NCBI GenBank assembly: GCA_028023455.1
Contig: JAQFVV010000006.1
Span: 17,980,001-18,044,000 of the forward strand
DNA: 64,000 nucleotides
Reading direction: 5' to 3'
Origin: Epiperipatus broadwayi
Taxonomy: Eukaryota > Animalia > Onychophora
This document shows positions 24,546-36,490 of the stretch, piece by piece (position 1 is the first letter of the stretch; every line of letters starts with the position of its first letter). The notes under the pieces were generated by a model. The model had not been told where the DNA came from and did not search any database. It worked only from the letters and a program-made list of their open reading frames with translations. Both the position numbers and the translations under genes were made by a program.

Positions 24546-26633
24546 TTTCTAATTTTCTCATGGCAAAAGCAAAAACCAAAACAGACTGGTGGTGAGATTT
24601 TACAGCATTATATGAAACAGCATAAATTAATTACTCAAACTCATATTAGATGACTCTAAAATAGGGTCAAAATAAGTGCTTTTGGAAATATTATGAGAAG
24701 GCATATGAGAAAGTCATGTGATGCTATGGTTAATTTAAAATAGTATCTAGAGATTATAATATTCTATTACTTTTCCATTTAATAGTTCATAAGAAGTTAG
24801 AACACTGAAACTGGAGTTGTGACGCATGGGGCTTGAGCATCAGAGACACATTTTTTTACTGCACTATACCATATAGGGCATTTCTTTACATAACTTAATT
24901 TTTTTTTTTAAAAAAAAATTCTACTGTACAAGTATTTCATATTTATGGATGTACTAATTTTAGTTTGGTAGTTTAAATAAAAGGTAAACAGCATTTAAAC
25001 AGCTGATTTCAAAGTTTCTTTAGCAGTTCATCATAAAAAAATGCATTATTTCATAGACTTGAAAATTGCTGGGATGTGAGAGTTTAGGCAGTTTTTAAAG
25101 TTTGATTTTGCAGCTACAAATAGCTAGACATCCACTTATTGATCAATATTGTATGGTTTGTTGATTTGACTAGAAGCTGTTGATTTGAAAAAAAAAATCT
25201 GATTGGAATCTAAAAAATTTTCAAGTTTATTTGGCTTGGATTCAAACTCATGTCATAAGGCAAGGAAGAATGTGGTTTCATTGCTAAGACAATTAATTTC
25301 CATTCAGCTGTAAAATAAACATCACTAATTTTAGTATTTTTATGCAATAAAAAATTAATTATGCTTATATATTACATTCTTTGTCAAAGCAGGCATATCA
25401 ATAAAATATTGTGATGTCATAGATCTGCACAGCTTAGAACAGTAATAGAATAATGACTTTAGAACATTCTAATCAATAAATCCAATCTTTAATTTCTACT
25501 GTTTAAATGGCTTGCAATTAACTCTTCATTTATGACCTACAGATTTTAGATCATAAACAAGTAGCAGATTTGAGAGCATAAATTTCTGGATCAATTTCCA
25601 ATTAAGAATTAAAAAAAAACAACTGAAGGCATCAGACAAGAAATGTTTCAGAGGATGATATCAGGATGGATGAATGGGCAAAAAAAGAAATGGGGAGTTC
25701 AATTAAATGTGCTTGTTCACTTGAAGGGAACTATTATGTCTAGCCTACCACTCATATCTAAATGTTATTTGACTTTGTAATCAGGTGATCATGAGATAAA
25801 TAATATACTGTGAGTGGGATAATCAACATTGATGTTAGATGAAGAAAAAAAAAATCAAGACATACTTCTGAAGAATGTCTCAAAATATAGAGTGAAAAAA
25901 TTAACAGCAGATGTTTCTACAAATGGCTGCTTGGTGCTCAAAAAATGTTATCTTCAGATATAAATATGGCCATTCTCTGACTCCAACAAAAAATGGAGAA
26001 AAAATTAATAAATAAAAAGATAGAAAATAAAGAAAAATAGATTAGAATCAAAATTGCTGTGTTAGTGTGTGATCACACATCATTGTCACAGTTAGTGGAG
26101 AGAAATGATTGATGGCATGGAAGGCTCACAATGAGACTATATCAACCTAAGTGAATGAAGATATTAAGTTCTAAAATAAAAAATACAAAAAAAAAAAAAA
26201 ACCAACAGGCTAATCTAAAAAAAGATCTTCCAATCACAGCAAAGCATTATCGATATTAAAGAAAAAGACCCAGAGGATAATATAATAAAAATAGTTAACA
26301 AAAGTGGCAGTAAAGAAGAGGATAAAATTATTTAAGACAGTCATTTCAAAAGCAACAGTAATAAATTTATCAATGCTTAATTTAAAAAATCTGTTAACCA
26401 TTGTATGGTTGTATTACAACTAAATTAAGGCTAATTTGGAAAAAAAATATTTTTTCCTTAATGTGACCATATAATTGAATAAAGTTTGTGACAAAATAAA
26501 ACTATTTTTAGGATAATTATATTTATAATTAATTTTATACAATTAAAATTAAAAAATATTAAAAGCTATAAATTTATTTAATGAAATACTTGAATCAGAA
26601 TAACAATTTTTTGAATTAGTTTTTTGAATCCAG

Positions 26634-26691
26634 TGTCCTAGCTCCTCACTGAAGAGAGACATAGCACGAAACCAGTCTGGGGATGGGGATA
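26634..26691 (+). ncRNA. Type I hammerhead ribozyme related to family A, decayed stem II
   Basis: UGUCCUAGCUCCUCA-CUGAAGA-GAGACAUAGCAC-GAAAC CA GUC^UGGGGAUGGGGAUA; same stem I architecture as family A. Confidence 0.65.
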
Positions 26692-26904
26692 ATTCTAGTT
26701 AAAAATGATTTGAATGCTTACTCTTGTAGCATTTATCATAAAAATAATAAAAATACGCTTGTTTAAAGCTATTACTATGCTTGTTATATATATATAATAT
26801 TTCCAGGAGCTTCCACATAATAAAAATATAATAGCTAAATAGCTAATGTTTCAGTATAATAAATACTTTTCTCAAAGCTTCTTCTTTCTCAAATCATAAG
26901 AATG

Positions 26905-27450
26905 TATGTGGAGAGATTTAAAATCATTATTTTTTCTTTTCTTTTCTCCTCATTCCTGAATTCTATTGGTTTTGAAGATTTAAAACACATTTAATTCTCC
27001 AATAGCTTTTTCCAAATATTGTTAATTTTCTTTAATTTATACTTTTCATTTATGCTTGTAGACATTTTAAACATCTCTGTAGCTTCCCTTAGCAGTCTCT
27101 GGTCATATTGTTCAATTTTTGCCAGAATATGTGCTTTATTAAAATTGATTAGTTAATTTAATGTGTGAATAATTGGCTGATGAATTAGATTTTTTTCTAA
27201 TTGCCAAAATGTGTTCTTGCTTTCTTATGTTTATTCTATGATTGGTCTATCCAATGTATGAATGTAAACACATTTTATTTGGAATTTAATATACACCATG
27301 ACATTCCAAAGGAATTTTATCTTTAGGATGTGGAAATACTTCATTAATTTTTTTAAATATAAGTATAAATTGTGTGGATATTATTTTTCTTTAAAAGATG
27401 GCTAATTTCATCAGTTACTACCTTTATATTTGGCAGAACAGTCTTATGAT
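26905..27450 (-). mobile_element. Penelope-like element remnant, GIY-YIG endonuclease region (frameshifted, stops)
   Basis: Minus-strand translation KTVLPNIKVVTDEISHLLKKNNIHT...PHPKDKIPLECHGVY*IP...SYIG*TNHRINIRKQEHILAIRKK matches the PLE LPY...KDK...GVY...YIG.T motif order; ~26790-26905 is an inverted copy of ~27445-27560. Confidence 0.85.
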
Positions 27451-27799
27451 TTGAGAAAAAAGAAACTCTGAGACAAAGTACTTATGATTGAACTGAAACA
27501 TTAGCTATTTAGCTATTATATTTTTATTACACAGAAGCTCCCAGAAATAATACTATGATTTTATCCATGAGAAATATATATATATATATATATTGTACCC
27601 TTGCTTACTTGTTAACATTGAAAAAACTCTCTGGCTAAACTTAACTAAGTCACACTTCATTTTTAACATATAATATCTAATAAAATTATGATTTAAAATA
27701 ATTTATCTTATTTAAATAATAAAGTAAAAAAATAATAAAAAAACAACAAATTAAATACTAAGGTTCAAATTACATTCCCAGCTCTAGCTCATTATTTAC

Positions 27800-30300
27800 T
27801 CTTATAATATGGTTCGATTAAAATACTAATGAAAAACTATGAAAACTTTTGCATGAGACATTCAGCAAGATACACTGTTGGTTTAACATTGAGGATACAT
27901 CCTAAAAAGTATACTCTCAATGGCATAAGAATATTACTCCTACTTAATTTACAAAAAACTACCTTGTAACATTCTCATGGCTCACAACACACATAAAATA
28001 AATCCTAACTAAATTTATAAAATTTATTATAAAAAAAAATATTATCTTTTCATAAAATAATATTTAATTTTAATATTAACTAAAATTTCTATCCATTACC
28101 ATTTCATCTAACTCTTACAATTATTTAATATCTGAGGTTCATTTTCTAATAATAATAATAGACAAATTAATATCATGTAATTAAATATAATGAGGTATTT
28201 TACATGTATTCAACTACTCTTCCAAAACAGCAAAGAACAATTAGAATATTTTCAAGATTCTTAAAATAATACATGTACCTAACTACTACTCCTCAATAAT
28301 CATAAATAAGATTAAAAAGCATCATATATAATATTTTAAATAAATTTTAAAAACATCTTACCATATTATGCTAGACAAATCTTTTATCTTTATGTGACAT
28401 TTATAAAAACATCATACTCTTAATATAATTGCAATATTAAATAATTTATTAAAAATTAGCATTGTATAATCTTCATAATTAGCAATAATAAGATCTATAA
28501 TATTGATAATTATAATAATATATTCTTATTAATTATGTGCAATAATATAATGAGACAATATTTATAACTTGTATGTTGATACAAAGATTCAAAAACAGAC
28601 GCATCAAACAAAGAAACTACCAAGGCAATATGAATTCCAAAACATTAATGATTTTATTATTATTTAACAATACACTATATTTACAACAATATAAATCTAT
28701 AAAATTTAAAATATTTACAAAAAATAAAAGGAAATTAATTAGATTAAAATATTTACATAAGGAAACACCATGAAAATAAATAGCCTTCACTCTGATTATT
28801 TGCTGTATAAAATATAATATATGATACATTAGAGTAATAATACTATTATCTTTTACAATTACAACAATGATATTCCATTATCATTATCATAATAAACAAT
28901 AACAATAAATAAACTTAATTTATTTAACTAATAACAATATGCTTCACATTTTTGTAAAGAAATTATGATTATAGTAACGCCTATTAACTATAAAATTAAA
29001 ATTGACTCTTAATCAAAATTTAAGATTTAAAATTATCTTAAAAAACTTCATCTTTATCTTTCAGAAATATTTTAACATTTCAATGTAAATTTAAATAAAG
29101 AAAAATATAGTTACCAAAATAATACTATTCATCCCTTTGTAAAACTATTTACTTTTAAAATATTTAAAATAATCCTATAAGTTTACTTTTCTACAAGTTG
29201 ACTCTCTTATAGAATATTTAAATTATATTAAGAAATTATATATTGTTTGTACCTACTATGTTTATTCATTTCATAATCTATTACCATAATAGCATTCAGA
29301 TGTTACATTTCATCTCTCTCAGTCAAACAAAATATGCATTAAATATTTGAGTTTAATTATCTCTATTATTCATAGATCACTAGGAATATCAAATCATTCC
29401 TTTTCTTCATTTTCTATAAACAATAAATGATTAAATATATATTTGTGATAAAAAAATTTCTCTCCTCTTGCATTCACAAATATTGACGACTTTCTACAGT
29501 CCAGTTATTATTCTAACCAACTTTTAAACTATTGTTTATGATGTAATATCCAGTGGTGATTAATAGTAATTATAGTAAGGGATATGAATACAATAATAAC
29601 TCAAACAAATATGAAATATCATGGTTATACTACTTAAGGTCACATATTTATCTTGTATCCTAAATTCCAGTCATGGCTTCTACATGAGCTTTTATTGAAC
29701 TATGGAAAGATCACAACTGACCATGTACAAAATATACAAAACTTTGTTACCTGTATTTAATTTCTTAATTCACAGCAATATGATTAACATATAATATTCT
29801 TTCTCAATATCCCTAGCACCCAGAATTTTATTTTACAACTAATTTCCCAGACCACTATCATTCAACTTCCACATTCTGAATACTTCTCTTGACATTGCAA
29901 AGAAATTCTAACAATGTTACATAAAATAATGTCCAAACCATAATTTCAAAATAAATATCTAATATTAAAGTCAAGAAGGTTCAAAACATTACATACACAA
30001 ATAATTTCAATAAAATATCCATCATTATCACACATTCATTCACTTATATTATAATACAAGATAATTCAGAGACTGTATCTAAACAGATACTGTCTAGAAT
30101 GATATCTTAGAAACTCAATCATATTGAAAAGATATGCATACTTAAACATTCATAAAATTACTTAAATACCTTTAGATAACCTACAAGGCATTTTCTATCT
30201 TTATACTACATTCATAAAACAATTAATATATTCATAATTATATAAATATGATTCTATCTGATTTTAATATTCAAGCAATATGATAAATGAAATAAAATAT
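27800..30300 (+). mobile_element. Possible very old LINE body
   Basis: 2.5 kb of uniform A/C-rich strand bias with LHETF-, SHGF- and FLNI-like relics in expected order; no continuous frame. Confidence 0.3.
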
Positions 30301-30479
30301 TCATTAAAATATTATTAAAATGCCTAATAATTTACCTTTAATTCCAACAATTATTGGAATTAAATATGACAATCCCTTTCTTTTCATGGTTGTCTAGATA
30401 TATTTTATTTTTACCTTTCAGAAAATTAAATTTTTGAATACCTATTTTTTTTTTTAAAATAAATTATTTCAATGTTAAC

Positions 30480-31250
30480 CAAAAGACTGTTTTTTACGAG
30501 GCTCCTCGTCGACATCTGAAATCACTCTAACTCAGCCAGTTTTTATACGAAAATATTCGTTAAATACGTATTGAATTCGTTTTTAAAAGTTCTGTATGAT
30601 GGTGACATCTTCCGATTTATTTTAGAAGTAAAAAATAGAAAAAAACGCATTTAAACCTAAACAAAGAAGGAACATTATTTGTGATTGGTTCTTAGCATGC
30701 TCTCAGCCGAAAAAGACATTCTGATTGGCTGGAAAGAACAAAGAAACTGCCTGATCAAAGAAAATAAAGAAAAACGCTGAGATTTTCATTTTGAATACGA
30801 TTTAATTATTATAAAAGAATATTTTGAGAAATTAAAATTATTTTCAGAGAGAATAATAAAAAAACAAAATTATTTTCGAAAAATATTGAAGATTTAAGTA
30901 AATATATTGAAGATGTAGGAAAAAGAAATATTTACTTTTCTATAACGTAAAAGTCGATCTTTTTGTTTACATTATAACTTTTATGTTGCCGATATTGAAT
31001 ATCTTAGAATAAATAAATAGCAATTTATTTTTGAAAGAACTTTCGTTGTCTTCACAACCTGAAAAATTAATTATATACTTTTTATAAACGTATCTGAGTT
31101 GAATTTAATATTATAGGCGAATATGTTTTAACAATAGGCTTTGTCTTCAGTTTGTGAGTTGGCCAATTAAAAGATTTGATTTTTATCTGATACAACCAAT
31201 GATAAAATTAGCGGTTAAAAGGTTAAAACTAAGCATATTTCTAAAAAAAA
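30480..31250. promoter_or_regulatory. CpG-retaining promoter-like region with four CCAAT boxes
   Basis: GATTGGTT (~30683), GATTGGCT (~30723), GGCCAATT (~31161), AACCAATG (~31194); many CpGs relative to flanks. Confidence 0.5.
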
Positions 31251-31438
31251 ACCAACAATGTTAACTGAATATTAACAATAATAGTAATAAATATTAATAT
31301 TAAAAAATAGAAAATAATAAAATTCAAACTATGCAAAGTTCTTATTTACTTTCATTCCTCCAGCACTGTCAATAAAAAAATAGAACTCACTCCATTGCTA
31401 TGGACTATGAAAAAGTTTGAACAAAATTTCTCTCTTAC

Positions 31439-31491
31439 CTGCTGCACTGAACAAAACTTCATAATGCATAAAATTAAATCATTTAAATTCT
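31439..31491 (-). CDS. Candidate 53-nt exon
   Basis: TATTTCATAG| ... CAG|GTAAGA; one open frame NLNDLILCIMKFCSVQQ. Confidence 0.3.
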
Positions 31492-31924
31492 CTATGAAAT
31501 ACTATCCATCCATACTGGATAAATAGTCTATCTAAGTCCATTTTTTTTAACATTTCCAGGAGAACAGATAATTTCCATATTAGGTAATAATTTCTCATAT
31601 ATACATTTTTTATATACTGGTCCAGACTTATGACAAAATATAGCAAAATCTATATTCCTTCCTTAGAAAGCATTTATAAAAATATTTTAAAGAATAAGAT
31701 TATTGTTATTTTTTTCAGCAAACAACTTTCATTCTTACTTATTTCTAATGTATACACTTGTATTTAAATGGCAATAATTTATCCCAGGATGTTTTTTAAA
31801 AATTCAAGATTTTTATCTTTTCTAATATGCACATATTAATTAAATAATTTCTTGCAATATTGTACATCTCTTCATTTGGATAATGTTTTATAAAAGATGT
31901 AAAAATAATCTTAAAATAATATTA

Positions 31925-32100
31925 AAATTCATCTCTCTTTAAACAGGACAATCTTTTAAAATATAAAGTTCATTCATCTTTCTTTTAATCAGGAAAATCT
32001 TTTTTAAAATGTAAAGTTCAAAAAACATTTTCTCTTCATCTTGATACATACATATTTAAAAACATATAATGTTCATTCAGACCTTTCCCATTTAAACAAA
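31925..32100. repeat. Degenerate ~50-bp minisatellite
   Basis: Recurrent AATCTTTT(T)AAAAT(A/G)TAAAGTTCA units. Confidence 0.5.
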
Positions 32101-33489
32101 CTAATAGTAAAACATTTTTACATACACATTCACAGATAATATAAAATATATTCACATTTATAAAATTTCTTCATACATATTTAATTTACTTGTATAATAT
32201 CACTTTTGTTTTCCTTTTCATCCTTTTGAAGCACATATAACATATTAAATAGCTTTCAAAAATTATCCTCAACAGAATAATAAAATATAAATTTCTTGAC
32301 TGTTTAAATTTATGAGGATTTATCGTAATTGTTAAATATAAATATTCTTTTGCTTCATACATACTAATGATATTAAATATAAAGTTCTTACAAATCATTA
32401 GGATTTCCTCAGTTATTTGGTTGAAATTCTCATGGCTTCTTCTAAGCATTAGGCTGATGATTCAATGGCAACAATTGGTCTCCATAAACTTATCATGGTT
32501 TTGTTAAGCTTCAATGTAAAAATATTAATGACAGGGAATTAATTCATTTACTCAAACATTGAATACATTTAAATAATTATTTAAAACTATACTTTTAACT
32601 TTAATATAAAAAAAATATTTTATAAAAAAAACTTTTAAAATGAATTAAAGACAAGACCAGATTAGACAAACAAAACAAGACAAAATTAAACTAAACTAGA
32701 CTGTCTAGACTGATTGAACCTATATTTATATCTATCTTATCCAGTGATTTCATTAGTTGATCCAAATTTTTCTTAAATACTAATTTACATATAAATTAAA
32801 TTTTTGTTTACAAAATAATTTTCTAAAATAATATAATTATTTTTATATTATGTAAAATGTATTTAATATTCTATAATATAGAATTCCTTTATTTAAATAT
32901 TAAAATACTTTTATTAATTTGAATAATAATTTTAAAATATTATTTAGACAACACTATAAAGAATTAATAGTTACTTTTAAAGTAAAACTTTTCAATATTA
33001 CTTGCAACATTTTAATGTTTCAATTTTATCAACAAGGAACTAAAATTAATATGTCCGCTTAACACATGTAAGCTCAAAGACAAATACACACTTTAAAGAC
33101 ATGACACTTTTTAAATCATTCTAAAATAATTTAATTAATAATTATTTAAAATAACTTAAATAAACAAAATTATTTAAAATAGAAATATTATATAATATTA
33201 AATATTGTAATTTAATTATTGTTTTAACATTATATCCTTTAAACATAATAAACATTAATTAATTTTATCTTTCAAAAAATATATAATATATTACTTTTAT
33301 CATTAAAATTATATTAAAACAACTTTTAAAATACTTTAAATATCTTTATAAACTTTCTATCTAACAATTTTAAAACCTATTTTATTTACAAAATTAATAT
33401 AAAATAGTATGGACTAATATAAATTTTAAATTTTTTTAAAACTAGCTATTTTTAAATGATTGTGGCAAATAACATGGTCAATATATATA

Positions 33490-34015
33490 TATATGTAAAC
33501 TTATAAATAAATATTAGAAAATATAGTAATTAAAATTTGTTAAAAAGAACAAAAAATATAAACTTCACTTAGAACTGCTTTCAACTATCCTTGTAGTCTT
33601 TGTCAACTAATATTTTGAAAGGTCAACTTTCCCATAATTTCATGATCTTAATGTTTGCTGCCTGTCTATTGATTAAGTCTTGCTTGTATTTATACATTAA
33701 CATAGCTTTCTTGATTTTTCTTTTATTATTGTTTCTTTCAGTTTGCAATATTTTTACATTAAATGAAAAAAATAATAATAATAAAAGAAAAATCAAGGAA
33801 GCTATGTTAATATATAAATACAAGCAAGACTTAATCAATAGGCAGGCAACAACTATTAAGATCATGGAATTATGAGAAAGTTGACCTTTCAAAATATTAG
33901 TTGACAAAGACTACAGGGATAGTTGAAAGCGCTCCTAAGTGACGTTTATACTTTTTATTCTTTTTAACAAATTTTAATTACTGTATTTTTTAATATTTAT
34001 TTATATGTTTAAATA
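33490..34015. mobile_element. Penelope-like 3' end as fold-back (~250-bp arms, ~20-bp loop)
   Basis: Right arm reads NNNKRKIKEAMLIYKYKQDLINRQATTIKIMEL (GIY-YIG C-terminus); ORFs 33600..33875(+) and 33623..33907(-) are mirror images. Confidence 0.85.
33897..33938 (+). ncRNA. Minimal type I hammerhead, U3-A8 variant
   Basis: UUAG-UUGACAA-A-GACUA CAGGGA UAGUU-GAAAG CG CUC^CUAA; palindromic stem III AGCGCU; decayed mirror copy at 33569-33610 (-). Confidence 0.68.
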
Positions 34016-34079
34016 TATTATTTTGAAGAAATAAAGACATCAATTTGTAGTATTATTATATATAAACATTAAAAGCATA

Positions 34080-34790
34080 AAGCTAAACTAATCAATAAAA
34101 TAATCAAAATTACCCCAAATTCACAACTCAATCAGACTAGCCAAAGAAAATAAACACTAAAACATAACTAATGGTTTCACTGCTACAAGCAGACTTTTCA
34201 AATGTAAAAAAACTAGAGATAATTTATAATAATTTCATTTATATCCCATAGACCCTTAATATAAAAAGAACTTTTAAATAAGTTAATTGCATCAGAATCA
34301 AATTTTAATAATAAAAATTATTTTTATTTCATTTCTCTCAAAGAAAACAACCTTAGCCTCATCAAAATTAATAGTGCGGAGTATATCTTTTTTATGGATA
34401 TATAAATCAGAACTGAGATATTTATGTCTAACCCTAAAAAATATAAAAATAGGGTTAGAAATAAATATCTCGGTTCTGCTTTATACAACCATATTTGATG
34501 AGGCTAAGATTGACTTCTTTGAGAGAAATGAAATAAATAAAAAAATAAAGAATCTGAAGCAATTAACTTATTTAAAAGTTCTTTTAATATTAAGGGTGTA
34601 TGAGCAGGTGGGTGAGATGTAAGTAGAATTGAGAGTAATGTTTAGTATAAATATGTTGTTATCTTGTATGCCTTTATATTTGAAAAGTTTTCTTATAGTA
34701 GTGAAAACATTGGTTGTGTTCTAAAGTTTATTTATTTTGATTAGTCTGGTTGAGTAGTGAATTTTGGGTAATTTATATATATATATGAAA
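34080..34790. repeat. Older fold-back (~350-bp arms, centre ~34440), possibly PLE-derived
   Basis: TCTAACCCTA/TAGGGTTAGA, GATGAGGCTAAG/CTTAGCCTCATC, CAGACTAG/ATTAGTCTG inverted matches. Confidence 0.7.
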
Positions 34791-34828
34791 AGAAAGTTAC
34801 TGTTAACACTAACTGAAATAATTATAGA

Positions 34829-34977
34829 AAATATACAAACCATTATACAATTACAAATATCCAGTAACGCCCTCTGTTTAAAGATCTATATCTCAATAAT
34901 AGCTATTATTGAGATATAGATCTTTAAACAGAGGGCGTTACTGGATATTTGTAATTGTATACTTGTTTGTATATTTT
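34829..34977. repeat. Near-perfect spacerless palindrome (centre 34902/34903)
   Basis: TATACAATTACAAATATCCAGTAACGCCCTCTGTTTAAAGATCTATATCTCAATAATAG|CTATTATTGAG... exact mirror over ~60 bp. Confidence 0.95.
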
Positions 34978-34999
34978 ATATATATATATAAAGGGAGTC

Positions 35000-35450
35000 A
35001 ATCAACCTTTCCCCAGACTATAAATTAAATGCACTCTAAATGTTGAACAAAAGAACAAGAATAGAGTGAATTCGCCTATTGTTGGAGCTCTGATGTTTAT
35101 AAACATAGCTTCATCAACATAGTTGGTAATTAAGACTGAAATTAATTTATTATCCAGATAAAATATGACACTTAAGAGTTATTAAACTCATAATCAGTTA
35201 TAATCCCTTCCGTGTAGAACCCAAAAGAAAAGCTGAAATATTGTTACTCTTTTATAGAAACCATTTAACGTAAAATTACATACAAGCATTGGTGCGCAGA
35301 TCATCCGAATGCTGTTACAAATATTTAATGACAAGCAAATATGGCTTGCAGGGAATTGGCTAAAATTAATGTTTGCACCACTAATGCTAAATGTTTTTAA
35401 ATTTTATTTGCTGGTAATCTAAGTTGTGTGCATGCTTAAACATGTATATA
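35000..35450 (+). mobile_element. Degenerate Penelope-like RT/thumb remnant
   Basis: Translated pieces SPIVGALMF, YRNHLT*NYI, HWCADHPNAV resemble PLE SP..A...M / YRKPT.T..Y / S.HP motifs in order. Confidence 0.4.
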
Positions 35451-36184
35451 TGAACCACATATATTATTTAATATATCTCACATAATCAAATGGATTGTTA
35501 TTTGGGATATTGTGTAAGCTTTAAGCAATTTTGATCCAAGAACTTCCAGTGCACCAAATCACTAAGGACAAAAAATATTAATAGATAGTTATCTGCTCAG
35601 GAGGTCAAGTGAGGTTTTAGTAGCAAAAGTGAAGGATCTTTAGTTTTTGAATTGATCAATCTACCATTAGGTTAACAGTTAATAGCAGAGGGCTTTCCTT
35701 TCCTTGAAATATGCATTTCATACACGAAATTTAAACTGTTCATTAATGCTTTCACCATCAAATGCCTCTTGCACTTTATCTAATAGCAGCTACATATACT
35801 CATTAACTAACCAATATTAAATGGGCTGGCATATATATATATATATAAACATGCTTAAAGTGTAAAAAAATTTCAAATTCACCCAACTAGATTTGAATCC
35901 CAAAATTGTAGCATTGCAGGCAGATGCATCAACCACTATCTTTTAAAATCTTAATTTGTTATTTTCATTTTTATATCAATGGAAACCTATTATTTATTAT
36001 CAGTGGACTTAAGCATTAGATGTTTTAATGCAATAGTAGAGGAACAGCTTGAAAATCAACGGTTTCTGGATCAAAACTCAATTTGCCATTTCCGATAATC
36101 CAATGTAGTGACTAAACATTGGATTATTTATTTTATAGTGTTTAAAATGTCACTCTACTATTCCCTTCTATGTTTCATCTCTTA

Positions 36185-36490
36185 GATATATCACATGATT
36201 ACTATTTCCTACATTTATGCAGGCTGAAAACATCGTGTTTTCATAGCTTTATAGTTAACCAAATGGGTAAAAGGTGGCTGCTGGAGAATTGCATCAGATC
36301 TTAAGAACTAGGTACAATGCTCTCATATCCAAGATCCATCACTGATGAAAGTCACAAACTAGAAACTAGTCTAGAGATGTTGAATGAGTAGACAGTCATT
36401 GGATAGAAATTTTCTGCTGAAACCTTCTTGTATCTACTGATTACTAAAGTTTTCACTGGGTGGCACTACTATATGGAGAGTTTGCTATAC
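36185..36490 (+). mobile_element. Family A element, diverged, HHR core retained
   Basis: CCATCA-CTGATGA-AAGTCACAAACTA-GAAACTAGTCTAGAGA at 36336-36377. Confidence 0.75.

Noticed and set aside
32455-32490. Isolated CTGATGA
   Set aside because: No stem II or GAAA downstream; similar lone heptamers at ~27178 and ~56771 are chance matches
34155-34210. TTGAAAA-CTGCT/AGCAG-GAAAC candidate U3-A8 hammerhead (minus strand)
   Set aside because: Stem I and stem III cannot both be formed without an indel, and the other arm does not fix it; left unclaimed
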